From: Macrostomum lignano
Taxonomy: Eukaryota
Direction: 5' to 3'
Assembly (NCBI GenBank): GCA_002269645.1
Contig: NIVC01000001.1
Coordinates: forward strand, 2,170,001-2,234,000
Length of the DNA stretch: 64,000 bases
Shown: positions 39,431 to 61,916 of the stretch, piece after piece
How the letters are laid out: every line of letters begins with the position of its first letter
Position numbering within the stretch: the stretch's first letter is position 1
Notes under the pieces: generated by a model
Databases searched by the model: none
What the model was told of the DNA's origin: nothing
Seen by the model: the letters and a program-made list of their open reading frames with translations, nothing else
Translations under genes and position numbers: made by a program

Positions 39431-41007
39431 ATTTATTCGGGTTTAAAAACAAATATATTGGCAGTGAAGTTATTGTAACATAATTTCAATATATATATAT
39501 GCTACTTTTGGGGTGCACTGAGCAGTGTTGAGTAAAGATGTGTACGTATAATTAGTTAAAAACGTGAGTTGAAGCACGCTGATTGGTTAAAGATTGGCAG
39601 CTTAAAGCCTTGCACAAAAAATATTAAAGATGTTAGGTGCTATAGAAAAACAGATTTAGAGCGTAGAAGTGTATGAATAAGCATCTTGAAAAGTTCAACA
39701 AATAAGTTATTTACGCCCGTAGAATTGAGAACAAATATTAAATTAAAACAGAGCACTGAGAACTTTTCAAAAGAAGTGCAAGTAAATAGATGTTATTACA
39801 TAAACAGTAAATAAATTGAGTCGCCAGGCAGGCCACTAGTTGCAGTTGGCGGCGTCTGGTCACAGATCGCCGCCTGCACAGCCCCTGGTCACAGGCGACT
39901 GGGCACTGCAGATCAGTTGAGGCTAGATTATCAGTAGTAGTAGCACTAGTAGTTGCAGTAGTAGCTCGTAGTAGTAGTAATGGAAGTAGTAGTAGTACAA
40001 GTATTAGTAGAGTAGTAGTAGAGCAGTCGTAGGCGTAGTCGTAGTAGAGACGTACTGGTAAGCAGTTATTTGAAGTAGCCAGGCAGGCCACTAGTCGCAG
40101 TTGGCGGCGTCTGGTCACAGATCGCCGCCTGCACAGCCCCTGGTCACAGGCGACTGGGCACTGCAGATCAGTTGAGGCTAGATTATCAGTAGTAGTAGCA
40201 CTAGTAGTTGCAGTAGTAGCTCGTAGTAGTAGTAATGGAAGTAGTAGTAGTACAAGTATTAGTAGAGTAGTAGTAGAGCAGTCGTAGGCGTAGTCGTAGT
40301 AGAGACGTACTGGTAAGCAGTTATTTGAAGTAGCCAGGCAGGCCACTAGTCGCAGTTGGCGGCGTCTGGTCACAGATCGCCGCCTGCACAGCCCCTGGTC
40401 ACAGGCGACTGGGCACTGCAGATCAGTTGAGGCTAGATTATCAGTAGTAGTAGCACTAGTAGTTGCAGTAGTAGCTCGTAGTAGTAGTAATGGAAGTAGT
40501 AGTAGTACAAGTATTAGTAGAGTAGTAGTAGAGCAGTCGTAGGCGTAGTCGTAGTAGAGACGTACTGGTAAGCAGTTATTTGAAGTAGCCAGGCAGGCCA
40601 CTAGTCGCAGTTGGCGGCGTCTGGTCACAGATCGCCGCCTGCACAGCCCCTGGTCACAGGCGACTGGGCACTGCGGATCAGTTGAAGCTAGATTTTCAGT
40701 AGTAGTAGCACTAGTAGTTGCAGTAGTAGTAGTAGTGGTAGTAGAGTAGTAGTAGTACAGTCGTAGTCGTAGCCGTAGTCGTAGTAGTGTCGTGCGTCTT
40801 AAATATTCAGCTGCAGAAATAGTACTCTTGCTTATCCCAAGTAGATTTTTGGCGGAGAATAGCTCGTATACGAAGATATTTTGTTGACAAACATGGCGAG
40901 CCTCAATAATAGTCCGGTCCTGGTACAGATATTCATAAGGCAGTTTGAAACTGCAAACCACGCACTCGGAAGATATTGAAGGTTACCAGTTGTCGAATGT
41001 TCGAAAA

Positions 41008-41048
41008 AAACCGATATTTCGGCCCAGACTGGGCCTTCGTCAGGGTTT
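41008..41048 (-). ncRNA. Minimal type I hammerhead ribozyme, copy 2
   Basis: Same 41-nt motif as copy 1. Confidence 0.85.
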
Positions 41049-42372
41049 ATTTATTCGGGTTTAAAAACAAATATATTGGCAGTGAAGTTATTGTAACATA
41101 ATTTCAATATATATATATGCTACTTTTGGGGGTGCACTGAGCAGTGTTGAGTAAAGATGTGTACGTATAATTAGTTAAAAACGTGAGTTGAAGCACGCTG
41201 ATTGGTTAAAGATTGGCAGCTTAAAGCCTTGCACAAAAAATATTAAAGATGTTAGGTGCTATAGAAAAACAGATTTAGAGCGTAGAAGTGTATGAATAAG
41301 CATCTTGAAAAGTTCAACAAATAAGTTATTTACGCCCGTAGAATTGAGAACAAATATTAAATTAAAACAGAGCACTGAGAACTTTTCAAAAAGAAGTGCA
41401 AGTAAATAGATGTTAATACATAAACAGTAAATAAATTGAGTCGCCAGGCAGGCCACTAGTTGCAGTTGGCGGCGTCTGGTCACAGATCGCCGCCTGCACA
41501 GCCCTGGTCACAGGCGACTGGGCACTGCAGATCAGTTGAGGCTAGATTATCAGTAGTAGTAGCACTAGTAGTTGCAGTAGTAGCTCGTAGTAGTAGTAAT
41601 GGAAGTAGTAGTAGTACAAGTATTAGTAGAGTAGTAGTAGAGCAGTCGTAGGCGTAGTCGTAGTAGAAACGTACTGGTAAGCAGTTATTTGAAGTAGCCA
41701 GGCAGGCCACTAGTCGCAGTTGGCGGCGTCTGGTCACAGATCGCCGCCTGCACAGCCCCTGGTCACAGGCGACTGGGCACTGCAGATCAGTTGAGGCTAG
41801 ATTATCAGTAGTAGTAGCACTAGTAGTTGCAGTAGTAGCTCGTAGTAGTAGTAATGGAAGTAGTAGTAGTACAAGTATTAGTAGAGTAGTAGTAGAGCAG
41901 TCGTAGGCGTAGTCGTAGTAGAGACGTACTGGTAAGCAGTTATTTGAAGTAGCCAGGCAGGCCACTAGTCGCAGTTGGCGGCGTCTGGTCACAGATCGCC
42001 GCCTGCACAGCCCCTGGTCACAGGCGACTGGGCACTGCGGATCAGTTGAAGCTAGATTTTCAGTAGTAGTAGCACTAGTAGTTGCAGTAGTAGTAGTAGT
42101 GGTAGTAGAGTAGTAGTAGTACAGTCGTAGTCGTAGCCGTAGTCGTAGTAGTGTCGTGCGTCTTAAATATTCAGCTGCAGAAATAGTACTCTTGCTTATC
42201 CCAAGTAGATTTTTGGCGGAGAATAGCTCGTATACGAAGATATTTTGTTGACAAACATGGCGAGCCTCAATAATAGTCCGGTCCTGGGTACAGATATTCA
42301 TAAGGCAGTTTGAAACTGCAAACCACGCACTCGGAAGATATTGAAGGTTACCAGTTGTCGAATGTTCGAAAA

Positions 42373-42413
42373 AAACCGATATTTCGGCCCAGACTGGGCC
42401 TTCGTCAGGGTTT
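42373..42413 (-). ncRNA. Minimal type I hammerhead ribozyme, copy 3
   Basis: Same 41-nt motif as copy 1. Confidence 0.85.
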
Positions 42414-43557
42414 ATTTATTCGGGTTTAAAAACAAATATATTGGCAGTGAAGTTATTGTAACATAATTTCAATATATATATATGCTACTTTTGGGGGTGC
42501 ACTGAGCAGTGTTGAGTAAAGATGTGTACGTATAATTAGTTAAAAACGTGAGTTGAAGCACGCTGATTGGTTAAAGATTGGCAGCTTAAAGCCTTGCACA
42601 AAAAATATTAAAGATGTTAGGTGCTATAGAAAAACAGATTTAGAGCGTAGAAGTGTATGAATAAGCATCTTGAAAAGTTCAACAAATAAGTTATTTACGC
42701 CCGTAGAATTGAGAACAAATATTAAATTAAAACAGAGCACTGAGAACTTTTCAAAAAGAAGTGCAAGTAAATAGATGTTATTACATAAACAGTAAATAAA
42801 TTGAGTCGCCAGGCAGGCCACTAGTTGCAGTTGGCGGCGTCTGGTCACAGATCGCCGCCTGCACAGCCCCTGGTCACAGGCGACTGGGCACTGCAGATCA
42901 GTTGAGGCTAGATTATCAGTAGTAGTAGCACTAGTAGTTGCAGTAGTAGCTCGTAGTAGTAGTAATGGAAGTAGTAGTAGTACAAGTATTAGTAGAGTAG
43001 TAGTAGAGCAGTCGTAGGCGTAGTCGTAGTAGAGACGTACTGGTAAGCAGTTATTTGAAGTAGCCAGGCAGGCCACTAGTCGCAGTTGGCGGCGTCTGGT
43101 CACAGATCGCCGCCTGCACAGCCCCTGGTCACAGGCGACTGGGCACTGCAGATCAGTTGAGGCTAGATTATCAGTAGTAGTAGCACTAGTAGTTGCAGTA
43201 GTAGCTCGTAGTAGTAGTAATGGAAGTAGTAGTAGTACAAGTATTAGTAGAGTAGTAGTAGAGCAGTCGTAGGCGTAGTCGTAGTAGAGACGTACTGGTA
43301 AGCAGTTATTTGAAGTAGCCAGGCAGGCCACTAGTCGCAGTTGGCGGCGTCTGGTCACAGATCGCCGCCTGCACAGCCCCTGGTCACAGGCGACTGGGCA
43401 CTGCAGATCAGTTGAGGCTAGATTATCAGTAGTAGTAGCACTAGTAGTTGCAGTAGTAGCTCGTAGTAGTAGTAATGGAAGTAGTAGTAGTACAAGTATT
43501 AGTAGAGTAGTAGTAGAGCAGTCGTAGGCGTAGTCGTAGTAGAGACGTACTGGTAAG

Positions 43558-44788
43558 CAGTGTTGGGCACTTCCGTTACCGAGTAACTTGTAAATGGTAA
43601 CGCAAGTTACTTTTTCGTAAAGCGTTCCTTACGCAAGTTACTTTCCTATTTTGGTAACGGGGTAACGGTAAGTTACTTAAATTTCGGAAGTCCGTTACAG
43701 TTACTTTGCAACAATCGCAATATTTAAATTTAAAACTGATATGCTTAGCTATTACGCCAGTTGTCACATTTTTTGCATTTTTCATTCCTAAATTCAAAAC
43801 TAAGTGAATAATATCATACGGTATTACGCTGTAATTAATAAAGAAATACTTGAAACATGTTTTTACTTTGTTATTTTCAGTAAAATATTTTTGCTTTTCG
43901 TTTTTAAGTTAATAAAAATATTTTGTTTAGTTCTTAGAAACAAACAACCAAAGAAAGAAATTCATCTGTAGTCTCCACAAATCCACTCAGTGATCGACGT
44001 AGCCAGGAATTTTAATTGGAGGGGGGCGGGTTGGCCTGGCTGGCCATGCCTCATGCCATTGCCACTTTTAGCGCCGCAGGCACTCATTTTAGCGCCGCAA
44101 GCACTCATTTAAGCGCCGCAGGCACTCAATCGCCTCATGGTTTTTGGTACCCGCCACGCCCAACCCCACCCCCCCCAGGAGGGGTGTCTTGCAGGTGGGG
44201 TGAAGTTGCCGCCCCAACGATTGTTAAGGCGGCCTCCCTGGCTACACCACTAAAGTCCACTGGCACTGCACTGCACTGCACAATAATTTAATATTAATGA
44301 TAATAATTGAAAATAAATAAAAAGACTAGTAAAGCAGACCGTAGAGTGGAGTAAAGCCAGGTACTTATTACGAGCGATGTATTATCAAGGACAACTGAAG
44401 TTACGTTAAGTTGTCCTTGTGTATTATAACTTATAATGTTATTAAAAATTAAATTGCGTTTTGCCTTTAACGTTTCTGACCTTCAGCTTCTCTTTTTTAC
44501 GGAAAGGGCCTAAAGTGATTAAAATTTAATACAGTTACTGAAATTAATGTTGTTGTATTCTTCCTCCTGGCTTTCGCGATCATTTGTGCTGTTCCAGCAC
44601 ATTTGCAATGTCAAAAAAGCAGAAAATTTGTTAATAACATAGGTAACGGAAGTAAGTAACGGAAGTAACTTAAAAGTTACCGGGTTTTTGTTCAAAGTTA
44701 CTAGGCGAACGTAAGTTACTTTTTAAAAAGTGGTAACTTAAGTTACAGTAACGTAAGTTACTTTTTTTGAGTAACTTGCCCAACACTG
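43558..44788. mobile_element. Non-autonomous hAT-type DNA transposon (1231 bp) inserted in a 255-bp monomer
   Basis: Perfect 12-bp TIRs CAGTGTTGGGCA / TGCCCAACACTG. 8-bp TSD CTGGTAAG at 43550-43557 and 44789-44796. GTAAC/GTTAC subterminal repeats at both ends. No transposase ORF. Confidence 0.93.
43988..44252. mobile_element. Possible degenerate MITE nested within the hAT element
   Basis: CAGTG...GTAGCCAGG at the left and CCTGGCTACACCACT at the right (imperfect TIRs). GC-rich interior inside an AT-rich host. Flanks are similar (AATCCACT / AAGTCCACT). Confidence 0.45.
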
Positions 44789-45487
44789 CTGGTAAGCAGT
44801 TATTTGAAGTAGCCAGGCAGGCCACTAGTCGCAGTTGGCGGCGTCTGGTCACAGATCGCCGCCTGCACAGCCCCTGGTCACAGGCGACTGGGCACTGCAG
44901 ATCAGTTGAGGCTAGATTATCAGTAGTAGTAGCACTAGTAGTTGCAGTAGTAGCTCGTAGTAGTAGTAATGGAAGTAGTAGTAGTACAAGTATTAGTAGA
45001 GTAGTAGTAGAGCAGTCGTAGGCGTAGTCGTAGTAGAGACGTACTGGTAAGCAGTTATTTGAAGTAGCCAGGCAGGCCACTAGTCGCAGTTGGCGGCGTC
45101 TGGTCACAGATCGCCGCCTGCACAGCCCCTGGTCACAGGCGACTGGGCACTGCGGATCAGTTGAAGCTAGATTTTCAGTAGTAGTAGCACTAGTAGTTGC
45201 AGTAGTAGTAGTAGTGGTAGTAGAGTAGTAGTAGTACAGTCGTAGTCGTAGCCGTAGTCGTAGTAGTGTCGTGCGTCTTAAATATTCAGCTGCAGAAATA
45301 GTACTCTTGCTTATCCCAAGTAGATTTTTGGCGGAGAATAGCTCGTATACGAAGATATTTTGTTGACAAACATGGCGAGCCTCAATAATAGTCCGGTCCT
45401 GGGTACAGATATTCATAAGGCAGTTTGAAACTGCAAACCACGCACTCGGAAGATATTGAAGGTTACCAGTTGTCGAATGTTCGAAAA

Positions 45488-45528
45488 AAACCGATATTTC
45501 GGCCCAGACTGGGCCTTCGTCAGGGTTT
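45488..45528 (-). ncRNA. Minimal type I hammerhead ribozyme, copy 4
   Basis: Same 41-nt motif as copy 1. Confidence 0.85.
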
Positions 45529-46468
45529 ATTTATTCGGGTTTAAAAACAAATATATTGGCAGTGAAGTTATTGTAACATAATTTCAATATATATATATGC
45601 TACTTTTGGGGGTGCACTGAGCAGTGTTGAGTAAAGATGTGTACGTATAATTAGTTAAAAACGTGAGTTGAAGCACGCTGATTGGTTAAAGATTGGCAGC
45701 TTAAAGCCTTGCACAAAAAATATTAAAGATGTTAGGTGCTATAGAAAAACAGATTTAGAGCGTAGAAGTGTATGAATAAGCATCTTGAAAAGTTCAACAA
45801 ATAAGTTATTTACGCCCGTAGAATTGAGAACAAATATTAAATTAAAACAGAGCACTGAGAACTTTTCAAAAAGAAGTGCAAGTAAATAGATGTTATTACA
45901 TAAACAGTAAATAAATTGAGTCGCCAGGCAGGCCACTAGTTGCAGTTGGCGGCGTCTGGTCACAGATCGCCGCCTGCACAGCCCCTGGTCACAGGCGACT
46001 GGGCACTGCAGATCAGTTGAGGCTAGATTATCAGTAGTAGTAGCACTAGTAGTTGCAGTAGTAGCTCGTAGTAGTAGTAATGGAAGTAGTAGTAGTACAA
46101 GTATTAGTAGAGTAGTAGTAGAGCAGTCGTAGGCGTAGTCGTAGTAGAGACGTACTGGTAAGCAGTTATTTGAAGTAGCCAGGCAGGCCACTAGTCGCAG
46201 TTGGCGGCGTCTGGTCACAGATCGCCGCCTGCACAGCCCCTGGTCACAGGCGACTGGGCACTGCAGATCAGTTGAGGCTAGATTATCAGTAGTAGTAGCA
46301 CTAGTAGTTGCAGTAGTAGCTCGTAGTAGTAGTAATGGAAGTAGTAGTAGTACAAGTATTAGTAGAGTAGTAGTAGAGCAGTCGTAGGCGTAGTCGTAGT
46401 AGAGACGTACTGGTAAGCAGTTATTTGAAGTAGCCAGGCAGGCCACTAGTCGCAGTTGGCGGCGTCTG

Positions 46469-48786
<2,318 letters not shown>

Positions 48787-49843
48787 TTCATAAGGCAGTT
48801 TGAAACTGCAAACCACGCACTCGGAAGATATTGAAGGTTACCAGTTGTCGAATGTTCGAAAAAAAACGATATTTCGGCCCAGACTGGGCCTTCGTCAGGG
48901 TTTATTTATTCGGGTTTAAAAACAAATATATTGGCAGTGAAGTTATTGTAACATAATTTCAATATATATATATGCGACTTTTGGGGGTGCACTGAGCAGT
49001 GTTGAGTAAAGATTTGTACGTATAATTAGTTAAAAACGTGAGTTGAAGCACGCTGATTGGTTAAAGATTGGCAGCTTAAAGCCTTGCACAAAAAATAATA
49101 AAGATGTTAGGTGCTATAGAAAAACAGATTTAGAGCGTAGAAGTGTATGAATAAGCATCTTGAAAAGTTCAACAAATAAGTTATTTACGCCCGTAGAATT
49201 GAGAACAAATATTAAATTAAAACAGAGCACTGAGAACTTTTCAAAAAGAAGTGCAAGTAAATAGATGTTAATACATAAACAGTAAATAAATTGAGTCGCC
49301 AGGCAGGCCACTAGTTGCAGTTGGCGGCGTCTGGTCACAGATCGCCGCCTGCACAGCCCCTGGTCACAGGCGACTGGGCACTGCAGATCAGTTGAGGCTA
49401 GATTATCAGTAGTAGTAGCACTAGTAGTTGCAGTAGTAGCTCGTAGTAGTAGTAATGGAAGTAGTAGTAGTACAAGTATTAGTAGAGTAGTAGTAGAGCA
49501 GTCGTAGGCGTAGTCGTAGTAGAGACGTACTGGTAAGCAGTTATTTGAAGTAGCCAGGCAGGCCACTAGTCGCAGTTGGCGGCGTCTGGTCACAGATCGC
49601 CGCCTGCACAGCCCCTGGTCACAGGCGACTGGGCACTGCAGATCAGTTGAGGCTAGATTATCAGTAGTAGTAGCACTAGTAGTTGCAGTAGTAGCTCGTA
49701 GTAGTAGTAATGGAAGTAGTAGTAGTACAAGTATTAGTAGAGTAGTAGTAGAGCAGTCGTAGGCGTAGTCGTAGTAGAGACGTACTGGTAAGCAGTTATT
49801 TGAAGTAGCCAGGCAGGCCACTAGTCGCAGTTGGCGGCGTCTG
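48787..49843 (-). mobile_element. Hammerhead-bearing unit 5 (1057 bp), flanked by GATA on both sides
   Basis: GATA|TTCATAAGG ... GGCGGCGTCTG|GATA; AT-rich block plus two 255-bp monomers. Confidence 0.8.
48863..48903 (-). ncRNA. Hammerhead ribozyme copy 5 (stem I variant)
   Basis: Core intact. The plus strand reads AAAACGATATTTC instead of AAACCGATATTTC, which breaks the second stem I pair. Confidence 0.7.
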
Positions 49844-52606
<2,763 letters not shown>

Positions 52607-53662
52607 TTCATAAGGCAGTTTGAAACTGCAAACCACGCACTCGGAAGATATTGAAGGTTACCAGTTGTCGAATGTTCGAAAAAAAACGATATTTCGGCCC
52701 AGACTGGGCCTTCGTCAGGGTTTATTTATTCGGGTTTAAAAACAAATATATTGGCAGTGAAGTTATTGTAACATAATTTCAATATATATATATGCGACTT
52801 TTGGGGGTGCACTGAGCAGTGTTGAGTAAAGATGTGTACGTATAATTAGTTAAAAACGTGAGTTGAAGCACGCTGATTGGTTAAAGATTGGCAGCTTAAA
52901 GCCTTGCACAAAAAATAATAAAGATGTTAGGTGCTATAGAAAAACAGATTTAGAGCGTAGAAGTGTATGAATAAGCATCTTGAAAAGTTCAACAAATAAG
53001 TTATTTACGCCCGTAGAATTGAGAACAAATATTAAATTAAAACAGAGCACTGAGAACTTTTCAAAAAGAAGTGCAAGTAAATAGATGTTAATACATAAAC
53101 AGTAAATAAATTGAGTCGCCAGGCAGGCCACTAGTTGCAGTTGGCGGCGTCTGGTCACAGATCGCCGCCTGCACAGCCCTGGTCACAGGCGACTGGGCAC
53201 TGCAGATCAGTTGAGGCTAGATTATCAGTAGTAGTAGCACTAGTAGTTGCAGTAGTAGCTCGTAGTAGTAGTAATGGAAGTAGTAGTAGTACAAGTATTA
53301 GTAGAGTAGTAGTAGAGCAGTCGTAGGCGTAGTCGTAGTAGAGACGTACTGGTAAGCAGTTATTTGAAGTAGCCAGGCAGGCCACTAGTCGCAGTTGGCG
53401 GCGTCTGGTCACAGATCGCCGCCTGCACAGCCCCTGGTCACAGGCGACTGGGCACTGCAGATCAGTTGAGGCTAGATTATCAGTAGTAGTAGCACTAGTA
53501 GTTGCAGTAGTAGCTCGTAGTAGTAGTAATGGAAGTAGTAGTAGTACAAGTATTAGTAGAGTAGTAGTAGAGCAGTCGTAGGCGTAGTCGTAGTAGAGAC
53601 GTACTGGTAAGCAGTTATTTGAAGTAGCCAGGCAGGCCACTAGTCGCAGTTGGCGGCGTCTG
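52607..53662 (-). mobile_element. Hammerhead-bearing unit 6 (1056 bp), flanked by GATA
   Basis: Same termini as unit 5. Confidence 0.8.
52683..52723 (-). ncRNA. Hammerhead ribozyme copy 6 (stem I variant)
   Basis: As copy 5. Confidence 0.7.
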
Positions 53663-55093
<1,431 letters not shown>

Positions 55094-56149
55094 TTCATAA
55101 GGCAGTTTGAAACTGCAAACCACGCACTCGGAAGATATTGAAGGTTACCAGTTGTCGAATGTTCGAAAAAAACGATATTTCGGCCCAGACTGGGCCTTCG
55201 TCAGGGTTTATTTATTCGGGTTTAAAAACAAATATATTGGCAGTGAAGTTATTGTAACATAATTTCAATATATATATATGCGACTTTTGGGGGTGCACTG
55301 AGCAGTGTTGAGTAAAGATGTGTACGTATAATTAGTTAAAAACGTGAGTTGAAGCACGCTGATTGGTTAAAGATTGGCAGCTTAAAGCCTTGCACAAAAA
55401 ATAATAAAGATGTTAGGTGCTATAGAAAAACAGATTTAGAGCGTAGAAGTGTATGAATAAGCATCTTGAAAAGTTCAACAAATAAGTTATTTACGCCCGT
55501 AGAATTGAGAACAAATATTAAATTAAAACAGAGCACTGAGAACTTTTCAAAAAGAAGTGCAAGTAAATAGATGTTAATACATAAACAGTAAATAAATTGA
55601 GTCGCCAGGCAGGCCACTAGTTGCAGTTGGCGGCGTCTGGTCACAGATCGCCGCCTGCACAGCCCCTGGTCACAGGCGACTGGGCACTGCAGATCAGTTG
55701 AGGCTAGATTATCAGTAGTAGTAGCACTAGTAGTTGCAGTAGTAGCTCGTAGTAGTAGTAATGGAAGTAGTAGTAGTACAAGTATTAGTAGAGTAGTAGT
55801 AGAGCAGTCGTAGGCGTAGTCGTAGTAGAGACGTACTGGTAAGCAGTTATTTGAAGTAGCCAGGCAGGCCACTAGTCGCAGTTGGCGGCGTCTGGTCACA
55901 GATCGCCGCCTGCACAGCCCCTGGTCACAGGCGACTGGGCACTGCAGATCAGTTGAGGCTAGATTATCAGTAGTAGTAGCACTAGTAGTTGCAGTAGTAG
56001 CTCGTAGTAGTAGTAATGGAAGTAGTAGTAGTACAAGTATTAGTAGAGTAGTAGTAGAGCAGTCGTAGGCGTAGTCGTAGTAGAGACGTACTGGTAAGCA
56101 GTTATTTGAAGTAGCCAGGCAGGCCACTAGTCGCAGTTGGCGGCGTCTG
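55094..56149 (-). mobile_element. Hammerhead-bearing unit 7 (1056 bp), flanked by GATA
   Basis: Same termini as unit 5. Confidence 0.8.
55169..55209 (-). ncRNA. Hammerhead ribozyme copy 7 (stem I variant)
   Basis: As copy 5. Confidence 0.7.
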
Positions 56150-60250
<4,101 letters not shown>

Positions 60251-60297
60251 ATAGATCGATCTGGGTAAGAATTTTAGCTTGTCATTTTTCTTCGCAG

Positions 60298-60678
60298 CTG
60301 GTCGCGCTCGGTGACTGTCTGTACGCGATCGCTGGTAACAGAGAGTTTGGCAATTTCAAGAACCAAGTGCACTGCTACAATCTCTACGAGGGCACCTGGA
60401 CGGAATCTGTGCCTCTACTCAGCCCCTCCTCCTGCCCCAGCGCCACAGTCATCAGACTGGTGGCAGATGAGTACATCTACGTGTTCGGCGGCGACGCGAG
60501 GGCCGGCATCAGCGTACATGTGCCAATGAACCGGTTGATGAGCCAGGCGATCCAACGATGGAAGCCGGGCATGACTACCTGGGAATTGTGCCGCGGCACT
60601 CTGCGCGCTCCAATAAAAGCCATGGCTTGCTGCACAGTCTCAGGCTGCGATCTCATTGAGCCGCTGCTCTCGCGATGA
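60298..60678 (+). CDS. Kelch-like paralog C, exon 2 (terminal exon)
   Basis: Acceptor tttttcttcgcag|CTG GTC GCG gives LVALGDCLYAIAG...YIYVFGG...CCTVSGCDLIEPLLSR*, homologous to the last exon of B (LVAFDNCLYAIGG...CCTISGCDYIEPLLNH*). Phase 0 matches the donor at 31069. Confidence 0.85.
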   Translation: MVALGDCLYAIAGNREFGNFKNQVHCYNLYEGTWTESVPLLSPSSCPSATVIRLVADEYIYVFGGDARAGISVHVPMNRLMSQAIQRWKPGMTTWELCRGTLRAPIKAMACCTVSGCDLIEPLLSR

Positions 60679-60710
60679 TGCTCTAATCGAGTTTAAACGG
60701 GGACAGAGAG

Positions 60711-60806
60711 GGGGAGAGAAAACGGGGATGGAGAAAGAGGGTAGAGAGAAAACGCGGATGGAGAAAGGGGGCAGAGAGAAAACGGGGATGGAGAAAGAGG
60801 GTAGAG
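60711..60806. repeat. 30-bp tandem repeat, about 3 copies
   Basis: GAGAGAAAACG(G/C)GGATGGAGAAAG(A/G)GGG(T/C)A period. Confidence 0.8.
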
Positions 60807-61061
60807 TAGCCCAGTGGTTATGGCACCTGACCGTAAACGGACAGACTGATGAAGAGGATTGGTGTTTGGTGCAGGAATTTGGAACGCAAAGCCGTCAGTC
60901 TCGCTCGGTGGTCAAGCAGTAAAAGCAAAAACAACAATTGCGCCATAGACTATATTTAGTTCCCCCATTTAACTATTATCTGAACTAATTTATCTCTTCC
61001 ATTTAACTAATGCTTTTGCTCAAAATCAAGGCACGAAGCGCCACTGCAAAAGCGCACAACA

Positions 61062-61256
61062 ATGCTAGCATTTTTGCCAAGCGAGCTGTTTCTCTACCTG
61101 GAGCTGGGCCTGAACGTGGGCTTGCTGCTGGCACTGCAGTTTCTAGCCATCTTTGGCGTGCTCCGAATCGTTAATGAGTCCCTGTTCAGCAGCACTGCGG
61201 AGCAGGCCGAGCTGGTCTACTCTTACCGGATTCACTTCGACAAACCGTTGTCTCAG
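61062..61256 (+). CDS. Possible first exon of an unidentified membrane or secreted protein gene
   Basis: ATG, 65 codons rich in CTG/GC codons in AT-rich surroundings, a hydrophobic stretch (LGLNVGLLLALQFLAIFGVL), ending at CAG|gtgtga. No downstream exon identified. Confidence 0.35.
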
Positions 61257-61486
61257 GTGTGACGCGGACAGTTGCTTTTTAGTTCGATAATTTGCATGAA
61301 ACTTTTCAATGTACATTTGGTTTGTACTTTGTACTCGATACTGTCTCGCACTTTATAACTTAATAAATTATACTTAGCATACATATCGTTATACAGTATG
61401 CTATGGAATAACAAAAGTGTAACTGACTATGCTTTGGCCGTAATAAAAGACAGTTCTTTATTTGAGCCAGTTATTCAAGAGTGGTA

Positions 61487-61685
61487 GAGAGAGAGGGAGA
61501 GAGAGAGAGAGAGAGCGGGAGAGAGCGGGAGAGAGCGGGAGAGAGCGGGAGAGAGCGGGAGAGAGCGGGAGAGAGTGGGAGAGAGCGGGAGAGAGCGGGA
61601 GAGAGCGGGAGAGAGCGGGAGAGAGCGGGAGAGAGCGGGAGAGAGCGGGAGAGAGCGGGGGGGGGGAGTGGGAGAGGGCGGGAGA
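61487..61685. repeat. Purine-rich (GAGAGCGGGA)n 10-bp minisatellite, array 1
   Basis: Direct reading. Confidence 0.92.
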
Positions 61686-61916
61686 GAGTGAAGAGTTTGA
61701 TCGGGTGGTGATCAGTCGCCCGAAAACTCCCACTTCCAGACACTTAAGCCTGGGGACAAAATTCAGTGATCACTTACTGATGCGGGCTCCTCTTCTTTTT
61801 TGGGCAGGTTCTCCGAGCTCGTTTCTTCAAGGCTTCTTCCTCCGGAGTAGTCTTCTTGAATTCTAAAATCGACCGAACGTGAGAGCGTAACAGAATCCGA
61901 AGACGCCGAAGTATTT

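Larger units (their letters stand above)
39311..46468 (-). mobile_element. Head-to-tail array of four hammerhead-bearing units (Penelope pLTR-like / retrozyme-like)
   Basis: Units begin TTCATAAGGCAG at 39311, 40932, 42297 and 45412. Each has a roughly 510-bp AT-rich block with the hammerhead, then 2-4 copies of a 255-bp monomer. Units 1-3 also have an end segment finishing GGTACAGATA. Confidence 0.75.

Noticed and set aside
39810-39822. 13-nt match GACTCAATTTATT (minus strand) to the recalled spliced leader, in each hammerhead unit
   Set aside because: It aligns as a diverged version of the ordinary 255-bp monomer end (TTATTTGAAGTAGCC), is short and AT-rich, and lacks the terminal ATG. Probably chance.
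60801-60860. tRNA A-box-like TAGCCCAGTGGTTATGGC
   Set aside because: No B-box or cloverleaf follows.
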